From the IMG/VR virus record IMGVR_UViG_3300036774_000105, positions 1-52,942 of that record: a stretch of DNA of 52,942 nucleotides, one strand, 5' to 3'. The notes under the pieces are model-generated. The model ran no database searches. It was given only the letters and a program-made list of their open reading frames with translations, and had not been told where the DNA came from. Numbering within the stretch: position 1 is the stretch's first letter; every line of letters begins with the position of its first letter. Source of the stretch: a virus (lineage: Duplodnaviria > Caudoviricetes). The position numbers and the translations under genes were made by a program. Below, one piece after another: positions 45,351-52,942 of this stretch.

Positions 45351-45735
45351 CTTCTTTCCTTTCTCCTCGAATCAATGGAAGCACATCAGGGTAGGGCGCG
45401 AGAATAACGCGCTGGTCTTTCAAGATGTCCCGCATCTGCCTGGCTCCCATTTTATTTACGCTTTGGATGACAACGGTCCCGACCTGAACCCCCAGGCGTT
45501 TCATCGCCCTGGCGACCGTGCGCCCGTCTCCCCCTTCTGGCCATACCGAATCGTACAAGTCATGGTCAAGGAAAATCAGGTTCCACTTGCACTCTCTCCA
45601 GTATTCCAGAATGGCTATTGCCGATTCGGCATTCTGCGCCATCCATATCTCGGGCTGTTTTCCAATTCTGTTGCGCAGTTCTTCCCTGATTGCCTCCGTT
45701 CGATTCAGGTCATCGTCAACAATAAGTACACGCAT
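45214..45735 (-). CDS. Receiver-fold protein of the cyclic-phosphate-processing (cREC) type
   Basis: VLIVDDD, IFLDHDL, GDG..VA, IQSVNKMGARQM; no cognate histidine kinase. Confidence 0.6.
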   Translation of the reverse strand: MRVLIVDDDLNRTEAIREELRNRIGKQPEIWMAQNAESAIAILEYWRECKWNLIFLDHDLYDSVWPEGGDGRTVARAMKRLGVQVGTVVIQSVNKMGARQMRDILKDQRVILAPYPDVLPLIRGERKEDGDTRNDSKGAGWREEGTRLPASKKGMGSITGSHHRGNGNEKRNA

Positions 45736-45752
45736 CGTTTCTCTCCTTTGCT

Positions 45753-45950
45753 CTAATTCCCCCCGCCCTCGACTTGTCCAAGAAGCAGAATCTGTTCTGC
45801 TCCAAAGACGTCCATGTGACCGCAAGCCTCGCAGCGGTAGTGTTCCGCATCAGGTTCAACTCCTCCCTGTTGCTCTCCGCAATTAAGGCAGAAGCCCAAA
45901 TTGTCATCCTCCTGGATTGCCGCAAGAACATCGTCAAGTTTAATTTTCAT
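45753..45950 (-). CDS. Small Zn-ribbon protein
   Basis: GFCLNCG...VEPDA..Y.CEACG...VFGAE. Confidence 0.6.
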   Translation of the reverse strand: MKIKLDDVLAAIQEDDNLGFCLNCGEQQGGVEPDAEHYRCEACGHMDVFGAEQILLLGQVEGGGN

Positions 45951-46120
45951 TGCAATAGTCCAATGGCCTTGATCAGAAGGAATGCTTGCTCGTAGAGCGC
46001 GTCTTGTGTTGATTGATGGAACTCCTTCTCATCAGCCTTTGTCCACGAGGTGACTCTCACCACGTTTTCCGCAGCCTGGCGCACAAGCGCGAGAATGCGT
46101 TTCTTCTGGTTTCTGTTCAT
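45947..46120 (-). CDS. Small hypothetical protein (57 aa), first gene of the early operon
   Basis: MNRNQKKRILALVRQ..., GAGGAGG RBS, ATGA coupling. Confidence 0.55.
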   Translation of the reverse strand: MNRNQKKRILALVRQAAENVVRVTSWTKADEKEFHQSTQDALYEQAFLLIKAIGLLQ

Positions 46121-46403
46121 ATAGTTCCTCCTCTGTTCTGATTTTGCGGCTGGGCATTGTCAACCAGCCTGCCGCATTAAGGGCGCTCTTGCGCCCTGAC
46201 TCTGCGATTTGATATCCCCCCGGCACTCTTGCCGGCCTGCCCGATCGGGCATTGTCCGCGTTCTTGGCATCGCGGCCCCTCGCCCCTTCCCTTCCCTTCA
46301 TCAGCAGGTCTCGTATGGTGCTTCCCGGCGGTCAGGCTATCCCCTCCTTCTACCGGCGCTTGCTCCCCGATCCCCCGCTTGCTCTTTCAATGATTCTGGT
46401 ATG

Positions 46404-46432
46404 ATTCTATCATTACTCAGCAGGCTTGTCAA
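46404..46432 (-). promoter_or_regulatory. Strong sigma70-type promoter TTGACA-17-TAGAAT (early promoter)
   Basis: Near consensus, with AT-rich upstream sequence, just after the late terminator. Confidence 0.8.
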
Positions 46433-46458
46433 CATAATAATAGGGATTGTTGGGGAAT

Positions 46459-46489
46459 AAAAAACCCCCCAGGTGGCGACCCGGGGGGG
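46459..46489 (-). terminator. Intrinsic terminator ending the lysis/late transcript
   Basis: CCCCCCGG/CTGGGGGG stem followed by TTTTTTATT. Confidence 0.75.
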
Positions 46490-46543
46490 AACGGGAAAAG
46501 GCAGGACACTCTCCACCGGGAGGGGATCATGTCCTGATTGAAT

Positions 46544-47035
46544 CTACTTCGGAAGAAACAGATATGTCAACAGCCCGGCGGCACTTCCTATGCCCACAGC
46601 GGAAAGCTGCTTTAGCCCCGGCCCCAGCGGAAGGGTCTCCTCCGCCGTCATAACCACCAGAGCACTCACCACAACACTCACCACCACCGACCACACATTC
46701 GGCTTGGGCACAAAGCCCGCGATCCGTTTGTCATCCAGCAGGATTGTGTAGTGTAAATATGGCGACACGTCGACCGTTATCCATTTCGGGTCATGAGCAA
46801 GCACCAGATCCCGCCCGTCCAGAAGGGTGATCGTCTCGGGCAGCATTACCAGGGGCTGGGCCTGCAGGATGAAGTCCAGGGCGACGATTTTCCTGGCCGT
46901 CGCGTCCGGCCCCCATTCGGCGATTTTTGCCAGGGCCTGCTCCTGCGTCATGGGCTCTCCCCTGGCGTATCCTGCTCCCACGAACAAGACAAGAACGAGA
47001 ACCCACAGGAACCTATATTTCGTCAATCGTCGCAT
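46544..47035 (-). CDS. Membrane protein of the lysis cassette (spanin-like role possible)
   Basis: N-terminal signal/TM segment and two C-terminal hydrophobic segments. Confidence 0.5.
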   Translation of the reverse strand: MRRLTKYRFLWVLVLVLFVGAGYARGEPMTQEQALAKIAEWGPDATARKIVALDFILQAQPLVMLPETITLLDGRDLVLAHDPKWITVDVSPYLHYTILLDDKRIAGFVPKPNVWSVVVSVVVSALVVMTAEETLPLGPGLKQLSAVGIGSAAGLLTYLFLPK

Positions 47036-47363
47036 TGTGGACCTCTACTTTGGCAGGCTTCCCGGCGTCAAGCTGGATTGCCTTCACGTTGTCTGCTTTC
47101 ACCGCGTGCCCCGGGGCGGCTATCGATGTCAGGTCGACGGTCTCCCATCCAAGCTCCGTCTTCACGGCCACATGGTCAGGGTCCAGGCGCTGGAAAGTGT
47201 CGGCTCTTTTGACCTTCCCCAGTGTTGCTGTTCGAACAAGTCCCTCCACCAGGGAGATTCCTGACCTGATTCCAAAGATTGCCAGAATGGCACCAAGGGC
47301 CACTCCCGCGACTTCAAGCAAGCCCTTCCAGTGCTTTTTCACCCATTCCCACAGGTTCTTCAT
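47013..47363 (-). CDS. Membrane-anchored protein of the lysis cassette
   Basis: N-terminal TM (LLEVAGVALGAILAIFGI). Confidence 0.55.
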   Translation of the reverse strand: MKNLWEWVKKHWKGLLEVAGVALGAILAIFGIRSGISLVEGLVRTATLGKVKRADTFQRLDPDHVAVKTELGWETVDLTSIAAPGHAVKADNVKAIQLDAGKPAKVEVHNATIDEI

Positions 47364-47415
47364 GATTCCCTCCTTCCCACCTTCGCGTGGCGGGCCAAGG
47401 CACGACTTTCGATCC

Positions 47416-47781
47416 CTATGGCGCCCCGGGGGGTGTCACCCCTACCGGGGATTGCACCGGGGCCACTGGCGCATCAGGCGCGGGCGTTTTCCCTTCTGCC
47501 TTGTCTATCGCTCCCTGTACCAACGCGGGGATACTCTGGACGATGATTTCATAGCATAGTTGTCCAAGAGCCCAGGATAGTCCGCCCATAAGCAGGCGAA
47601 GCCCCAAAACGGCCGTCACCACGGGTGCCACCACCCACCCCAGCGCCAGGGTGAGAATCGGCAGCAGCGCCGCGGGAAGCCAGGATGGAACCGTCTTCCA
47701 GAGTCCCTTCAGCCACTGGAGAATGCCCACCACGACGACCGTGATGCCAAAAACAAGAAGCACGAACAGTTTCAAATCCAT
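47416..47781 (-). CDS. Putative holin
   Basis: Three hydrophobic segments, next to the endolysin. Confidence 0.6.
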   Translation of the reverse strand: MDLKLFVLLVFGITVVVVGILQWLKGLWKTVPSWLPAALLPILTLALGWVVAPVVTAVLGLRLLMGGLSWALGQLCYEIIVQSIPALVQGAIDKAEGKTPAPDAPVAPVQSPVGVTPPGAP

Positions 47782-47792
47782 TGTGTCCTCCT

Positions 47793-48281
47793 TCAAGGAA
47801 ACTCGTAGTGATCGGGGTCGGTACCGAGCCCCGTCGCCGGATCAAGCGGCAACCAGTCGCCCCCCCAAGTCCAACCCATCGCCCGCGCGATTGCGCCCAT
47901 TTTCTTATACAGATCTGCATGCGCGGCATAGTTCCACGTCGGAACCATCGTTGTCTTTCCCGCCGCGTCTGTATGCGGAACCAGCGGCTGCGCATCCATC
48001 GCCCTGCCCGATTGATGTCTGCTTGGCGTGTTCACACCATCACAATTCGTGGCCCAGGTATTCTCTGTCTCGGATGCGAATGGATAATAGCCTGCCACTT
48101 TACGCAATAGATTGACGACGAGGATCGCAGCGCGACTCTGGACCCAGCGGGCGATCTGTTGAATCTGCACTCGCAGCGTTTCACTTATAACGTGCGCTAT
48201 CCCAGCGTCCGTCCATGCCTGGTCAAGTTGTAGAGCGCTTCCCTGAACCGCAGGAGCCATGTCAGATATCTTGTTGCTCAT
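47793..48281 (-). CDS. Endolysin, M15-family (L-Ala-D-Glu-type) peptidase
   Basis: ETLR...Q, SRHQSGRAMD, WGGDW, DPDHYE. Confidence 0.8.
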   Translation of the reverse strand: MSNKISDMAPAVQGSALQLDQAWTDAGIAHVISETLRVQIQQIARWVQSRAAILVVNLLRKVAGYYPFASETENTWATNCDGVNTPSRHQSGRAMDAQPLVPHTDAAGKTTMVPTWNYAAHADLYKKMGAIARAMGWTWGGDWLPLDPATGLGTDPDHYEFP

Positions 48282-48832
48282 ATTTCCATGATATCTCTTC
48301 CATAGGCTTTTGTCTCGGGAGGCAAGTCCCCCCTTGCCCACCGAATGGGCCCGCAATTGTATGCTTCCACCGCACCCTTCCAGGATCCGGTGAATCGGTA
48401 GAGATCGGCAAGATACCGAATGCCAACCCTGATGGCCGTCTCGGGGTCAAAGGGATCGATAGGGTTCCCATCGTTGTAATGTTCGGAGAACCACACCAGG
48501 TTGTAGGGCATCAGCTGGGCGATCCCTTGAGCGCCCATCCACGAAACAGCATGGACGTTCCAGTCGCTATCCATCGGGTCACCGCTCTTGCTGCATTCGG
48601 TACTGAACATCCGGCAGGCAAGCCAGACAGGAACGGCTGTTTCATCACAGTAATAGACGACCGGCTTCAAGTATTCCAAGGGCGGATTGTAGAGCAGTGG
48701 TTTCGGCCTGGAAGTGTCATGTCTCGGGGTCCATTCTTTCGGCAATGTCTCTTGCCGACCCGGGGCTGGCATGAAGCTGGAAAGGGCGAGGACAATCAGG
48801 AGCGTTACGGTTGCCAGACCGATTGTTCTCAG
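48278..48832 (-). CDS. Lytic transglycosylase (SLT domain) with N-terminal hydrophobic anchor; start uncertain
   Basis: Catalytic E in TECS, AVSWMGAQGIAQLMP, GIRYL, AYNCG. Confidence 0.8.
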   Translation of the reverse strand: MRTIGLATVTLLIVLALSSFMPAPGRQETLPKEWTPRHDTSRPKPLLYNPPLEYLKPVVYYCDETAVPVWLACRMFSTECSKSGDPMDSDWNVHAVSWMGAQGIAQLMPYNLVWFSEHYNDGNPIDPFDPETAIRVGIRYLADLYRFTGSWKGAVEAYNCGPIRWARGDLPPETKAYGRDIMEI

Positions 48833-50229
48833 GAATTGTACCCCCCCGCCGCCGTATCGGCGCACGCGTTTCCTGCGCCAGCGTCGGCGTAGGACGTGTT
48901 GTACGTCGCGGTCTTGGAAGCTCCGTTCGGCGCATTCTGCTGCATCTTCGTGCATCCTATAAATCCATATCCCATTCCTCCCGGTGCGAGACCTTTCCCC
49001 CTGCATAGGACAACGCCAACGCAGTTGTAAAATCCATTCCCGTTACCCGCCGCGCTCCCACCACTCCCATTCCCAATACAATTGGTGAGCCGGTTGCAAG
49101 TACCAAAACCATATCCTGATCCAACACTACCGGCTATTCCAGTTCCCACACAGTTGGTAAGGTGATCACAAGAATTAAATCCAATACCGACTGCACTTGT
49201 GGTATTTCCCGTTCCGACGCAGTCAACGAGAAAACTGCAAGTATCGAAACCGTGTGCCTCGCCGGTAGCGGCTACCGTGCTCGTTCCGGTGCACCCGATT
49301 AAATTGGTGCATTGATAGAAAGCGAAAGCATTGTTGGTGCTGGTATTGGTCAGTGCAACTTTTACGTTTTCAAATCGTTCTGTATCTATACTTGATGGGA
49401 GTGAAGCATGATAGAGCCCGTACAAGGTGCCAGCATACGATCCGGAGTAGACGATGGACGATCCCTTCTCGCCGAACACGTACACGGTCCCCGTGTTGTC
49501 GAGGTTGATCAGCACCCCGGCGGTCGGCCCCAGGTTCGGCGCGGTCCACGTCCCGCTCTTGATAAGCACGCGCTTGAACTGCCCGAGGGTGGCCCTCGCC
49601 CACGCATCCAGCTTCGCGTTGCTGTCCACCACCAGGTCGTACAGGTCGCCGGGCGTCTTGTAGGCGGCCTGGTTCACCGTCCCGATCACCCCCGCGCTCA
49701 CCGCCACGGTGGCGAGGAGTATCTGGTAGGCGGTTGGCGCCGAGGTGTCGATGGTCAGCGTGTAGCTCGGCGTCTTCGTAAACGCCCATGTCCCTGTTGC
49801 CTTTGCCCTGGCTCGCGTCAGGCTGTCCGTCTCCGCATATGCCATTTTCACGTAGTAGGTGGTAGTCCCCGAAAATGTGCCTTGCGCTGATAGAGCACCC
49901 CATGAAACTCGCTCACTCGTTATGTCTTCATCGGCTGTCAGGGGTGGAACAGCAGCAGTGTTGCCGACGGAAACAGTGAAAGGTGCGTATCCAATGCCCG
50001 CCGTGATATTCACATGCGAATGGCTGCCATCGTCTGTGACGATACCTCCCTGAATCAAAGCCGCGGTGCCTCCGATTAAGTCATAGAAAAGAGACCCTAC
50101 CCGATCCATCAACCATGCAAAATCGCGGATCCGGTCCTGTTCGTAATCAAGGTCTCCATCGCCATCGGGGATTTTATTCGGGTGGCTCCCGGTCATCTTT
50201 ATCGACCCGTATTGTGTTATGGTACTCAT
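48829..50229 (-). CDS. Tail fibre/receptor-binding protein with beta-helix repeats
   Basis: After the baseplate genes; C-terminal GFxxCxxLxxCxGxG repeats. Confidence 0.65.
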   Translation of the reverse strand: MSTITQYGSIKMTGSHPNKIPDGDGDLDYEQDRIRDFAWLMDRVGSLFYDLIGGTAALIQGGIVTDDGSHSHVNITAGIGYAPFTVSVGNTAAVPPLTADEDITSERVSWGALSAQGTFSGTTTYYVKMAYAETDSLTRARAKATGTWAFTKTPSYTLTIDTSAPTAYQILLATVAVSAGVIGTVNQAAYKTPGDLYDLVVDSNAKLDAWARATLGQFKRVLIKSGTWTAPNLGPTAGVLINLDNTGTVYVFGEKGSSIVYSGSYAGTLYGLYHASLPSSIDTERFENVKVALTNTSTNNAFAFYQCTNLIGCTGTSTVAATGEAHGFDTCSFLVDCVGTGNTTSAVGIGFNSCDHLTNCVGTGIAGSVGSGYGFGTCNRLTNCIGNGSGGSAAGNGNGFYNCVGVVLCRGKGLAPGGMGYGFIGCTKMQQNAPNGASKTATYNTSYADAGAGNACADTAAGGYNS

Positions 50230-50882
50230 CCAATGGTCCCTCCTGCATAAACCGTGAATGCCCCCGCCGTGGTGTATCCAAGAAAAACCCTGAAATACGC
50301 GGGAACAAAATCAGTTGCGATTGCCTGCACGATCTGGGCAACTTGCGCGGGCGTCAATGTGCTTGTCCCGACGTCGACATAGATATTCCCTGGGATTATA
50401 GGTTCACTTCCCGATCCTGTTCTTATGATTCCCATCCAGTTCGCATTCACGCCTGCCCCACGCACGCTCCACCCGTAGCCAAGGAACGTCTGATCTCCAA
50501 CGCGCACGGGCCAGTCAGCGGTAAGCCCCAGCCATATCGAAGCCGAAAACCCCGTAATGGCATCTATAACGGGCTTCACCGACGCCGCCCATTCACCGCG
50601 TTTTTTCTGTGCCTTGACCGCACTTGCGATGGCCTGCCGCACTTGTGCGTCGCTCATCATCAATTGCGTCGCCGCATTGAACATATAGACAAGCTCAGGA
50701 AGTACCACGGCTGCCGCCTGCTCGGGCCTCATGAATGCCTGCATCGCCAGTATTTCTGCGGTGACCAGGTTGATCCAATAATCCATTTTATTCGCGAGCG
50801 CCGTTGTACCCGCGTCGCCCGCCAACTGCATGACCTTTGGGAAGTTATTGATCGTGGGGGTTAGGCCGACTTTTGCCGCCAT
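50226..50882 (-). CDS. Baseplate wedge protein (P2 gpI-like)
   Basis: 218 aa between the J-like gene and the fibre; ends in FVPAY. Confidence 0.55.
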   Translation of the reverse strand: MAAKVGLTPTINNFPKVMQLAGDAGTTALANKMDYWINLVTAEILAMQAFMRPEQAAAVVLPELVYMFNAATQLMMSDAQVRQAIASAVKAQKKRGEWAASVKPVIDAITGFSASIWLGLTADWPVRVGDQTFLGYGWSVRGAGVNANWMGIIRTGSGSEPIIPGNIYVDVGTSTLTPAQVAQIVQAIATDFVPAYFRVFLGYTTAGAFTVYAGGTIG

Positions 50883-50883
50883 G

Positions 50884-52740
50884 CTACACCTGCGTCAGCG
50901 TCATGGTGCCCGCTGTAAGAATCTCTGTTGTCGCGCACTGGTAGTACCAACTTGCGCTTAACGTCTGCACGACCCCACCGATCGTCACCGCCGTGAGTAC
51001 CGCATACGATACGCCCGGAACGTATGCGATCAGCAATTCAAGCAAAGTGGACAGTTCTATCAAGTCTCCAAATTGCCGAACCCCTGCCGCCGAGAGACCA
51101 TTGATGATTGCGGCGACCGTGGTGTAGTCGGCGGGCCCGAAGCCTGTTGAGAAGATAGAATTGATGAGCGCAATGGCAGATACAATTCCCCCCGTCCCCT
51201 TGTATGTGTTCACTATGTCTTGCCCCGCTGCCGATGTGATCAGTTGAAATGCCAGCGTCGCATAGGGAAGAACCGATGCCCATGTATATCCAGCGGAGAG
51301 ATGAATGTTTGCGGAAATAAGGGTAAGGGAAAACGTGCCCGGTATAACGACAACATTGACCGCTTGCATTATTGTCTTTGAAATAAGGTACGTCTGCAGC
51401 GCCGCTTGCTGGGGTGCCGTAAGCGGACCCTGCGTTCCTGCGGCAACGGCAACCACAGCGCAAGACAGAATCCCGTACGCATTCTGTATCACCTGCGCCT
51501 GACTTATCGAGGTGCCTCCCACGCTGCCCCACGCAAGGGTAAGGGCTATGCCATCTCCGACTGTGACGAATCGATCTCTTGCCTTCAACAGAAGGGGAGC
51601 GAGTACCTTTGTGGTCTGGATTGACTCGTACTCAGCCGCGCCAGAAAACACCGTTGCGTTATACACGCCAGTGATATTCGCATCCGCTCCCGCGTACTGA
51701 CTGATTGCCCCCAGGGTAGTGATGTTCGCCGCCGCTCCTCCCCCCCACGCATAGGTTGCATTGATCGGCTGGTTTTGCGTCGGGATGGCACCATAGGTTC
51801 CATCGCCGAATCGAATCGTGGAGGAGCCGTCAGTGTTTGAAATAAGACGGAAGACAAGATCGGTCCCGATGTTATACACGGGGGTGTCGACCCGGGTCCA
51901 CGTCCCCTGGCTGTTTGTGATCGTAATGACCGATTTAAGAACCCCCGTCTGTGCGATTCGGAACTCCTGCCATGGGGTTCCATCACTTACGCCAAGCTGA
52001 AAGGATGGAACCGTTGTCTGAGAGTATGCGGTGATTGGCCTGGACAGCCTGGTAATTGTATGCGTCCCCGTTCCTTGTGTGGAGAAAGCGATGAATCCTG
52101 CGCCGCCCGCCATGGCTCCTGCCCTTGTGGGGTAGAGCTTCAGCTGGTTTGCCGTCGGCCCTGCTCCTGCCGTTACCAGAAGAACAAAGTAATCGGTGTT
52201 CAGAGCAAACCCAGTCGGGAGTGTCCCAGAGGTTGTCAACCGTACCTTTTCGCCGGTGACGTATGTGACGCCCGGGTTTGCGGCAGTGGTCACAATGCTT
52301 GTCCCGACGACCCAGTTCGCCGCGGGCTCGGGGTCCGCATAATTCGTTGCAACAAAAGCAAGGCTCCCGCGCGCCTCAAACTTTCTCAGAGAATTTGACA
52401 GGCTCCCAGGATAAAGCGCCGCCACATCGGCCTGGGCCACGGTGTATGGTAGCCCGGTGGATGCGCTAATATCGAACATCAGGATTCCAGATGATTCCGT
52501 CTGTCCTGCGGGGTAGTAGTCCAGCATCGCCGCCAGATCGTTGACCGCTTTCCTTGTGAATGCGGTTCTCAGGAATGCCTGGTTTGCGCTTGCATTCTCT
52601 ATGACCGATAGCACATCCATGATCCCCGCGATAAGCCTCTTGAACCAGTCAGGTTTGTCCACGAGCAGGGGATCGCTATTGATGTCAGCCAGAACAGTGG
52701 CGTATGTTCTTGAAGTGTATTGTATAGGGTTACCGGGCAT
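50884..52740 (-). CDS. Baseplate wedge protein (gpJ / T4 gp6-like)
   Basis: QYTSRTY, LAAMLDY.P, IRFGDGTYGAIP, GAAEYESI, ARDRFVT. Confidence 0.8.
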   Translation of the reverse strand: MPGNPIQYTSRTYATVLADINSDPLLVDKPDWFKRLIAGIMDVLSVIENASANQAFLRTAFTRKAVNDLAAMLDYYPAGQTESSGILMFDISASTGLPYTVAQADVAALYPGSLSNSLRKFEARGSLAFVATNYADPEPAANWVVGTSIVTTAANPGVTYVTGEKVRLTTSGTLPTGFALNTDYFVLLVTAGAGPTANQLKLYPTRAGAMAGGAGFIAFSTQGTGTHTITRLSRPITAYSQTTVPSFQLGVSDGTPWQEFRIAQTGVLKSVITITNSQGTWTRVDTPVYNIGTDLVFRLISNTDGSSTIRFGDGTYGAIPTQNQPINATYAWGGGAAANITTLGAISQYAGADANITGVYNATVFSGAAEYESIQTTKVLAPLLLKARDRFVTVGDGIALTLAWGSVGGTSISQAQVIQNAYGILSCAVVAVAAGTQGPLTAPQQAALQTYLISKTIMQAVNVVVIPGTFSLTLISANIHLSAGYTWASVLPYATLAFQLITSAAGQDIVNTYKGTGGIVSAIALINSIFSTGFGPADYTTVAAIINGLSAAGVRQFGDLIELSTLLELLIAYVPGVSYAVLTAVTIGGVVQTLSASWYYQCATTEILTAGTMTLTQV

Positions 52741-52742
52741 GC

Positions 52743-52942
52743 CTACCTCCCCACCGCCGAGATAGTTGTCTTTTTCATCTGAGTCAAATCGCCCAGTTCA
52801 ATATAGCCGACCTGGATATCCCGGTTCTCTGCTGAATCAGTAAAATCGATTGCGTTCCAACTCGATACGGCTCGCCTGTCGGGGTATCCTCCACGGCCAT
52901 CCATCACGCGGACATTTCGAAGTGCGATTGCCTGAAGAATGG
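52743..52942 (-). CDS. Partial baseplate gene (gp25/gpW-like position), 5' end outside the window
   Basis: Open frame ...ILQAIALRNVRVMDG...DIQVGYIELGDL...GR* ending 2 nt before the J-like ATG. Confidence 0.5.
   Translation of the reverse strand, partial: ILQAIALRNVRVMDGRGGYPDRRAVSSWNAIDFTDSAENRDIQVGYIELGDLTQMKKTTISAVGR

Noticed and set aside
45214-45735. Two-component response regulator
   Set aside because: No kinase or output domain; the LDHDL signature fits the cREC type better.
46280-46340. Hammerhead ribozyme suggested by CUGAUGA on the minus strand (and CUGAAGA near 41885)
   Set aside because: I could not find the stem II plus GAAA core and cleavage triplet in the right arrangement.
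48829-49430. Diversity-generating retroelement target in the tail fibre
   Set aside because: No reverse transcriptase and no template/variable repeat pair were seen.
26-52765. Long plus-strand ORFs (e.g. 17162..18637, 22476..23723, 30234..31394, 41741..42799)
   Set aside because: They are antisense shadows of well-supported minus-strand genes in GC-rich DNA, with no recognisable motifs.

Overview
Almost the whole window is one tailed bacteriophage with a contractile (myovirus-type) tail, and every credible gene is on the minus strand. The two ends look like a circle opened inside the tail module: the left end holds the tape-measure N-terminus and the right end holds baseplate wedge genes, so the rest of the tape measure and the hub/spike genes lie outside the window. 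In transcription order (right to left): baseplate, tail fibre, lysis cassette, a terminator, then a sigma70-type promoter (46404-46432) driving an early region (cREC-like receiver protein, SSB, DUF932-like, Bet-like annealase, PD-(D/E)XK nuclease, NinB/HNH, replication initiator with internal iterons). A separately promoted operon follows: four tandem Y-RNA-like ncRNAs, Ro60/TROVE, HTH, vWA and an adenylosuccinate-synthetase-like enzyme. After it come small mosaic ORFs, RuvC, ParB-MTase, terminase, portal, a 1287-aa polyvalent protein (InPase, ART-like and kinase-like domains), head, neck, sheath, tube and a frameshifted tail chaperone. The highlight is the Ro60 + Y RNA array: four RNAs share one conserved, covarying module but carry four different distal domains, one of them a complete circularly permuted tRNA mimic (UUU anticodon loop, G3-U70/A73 acceptor). 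No integrase or repressor was recognised. All family assignments come from motif recognition by eye; no database search was run.
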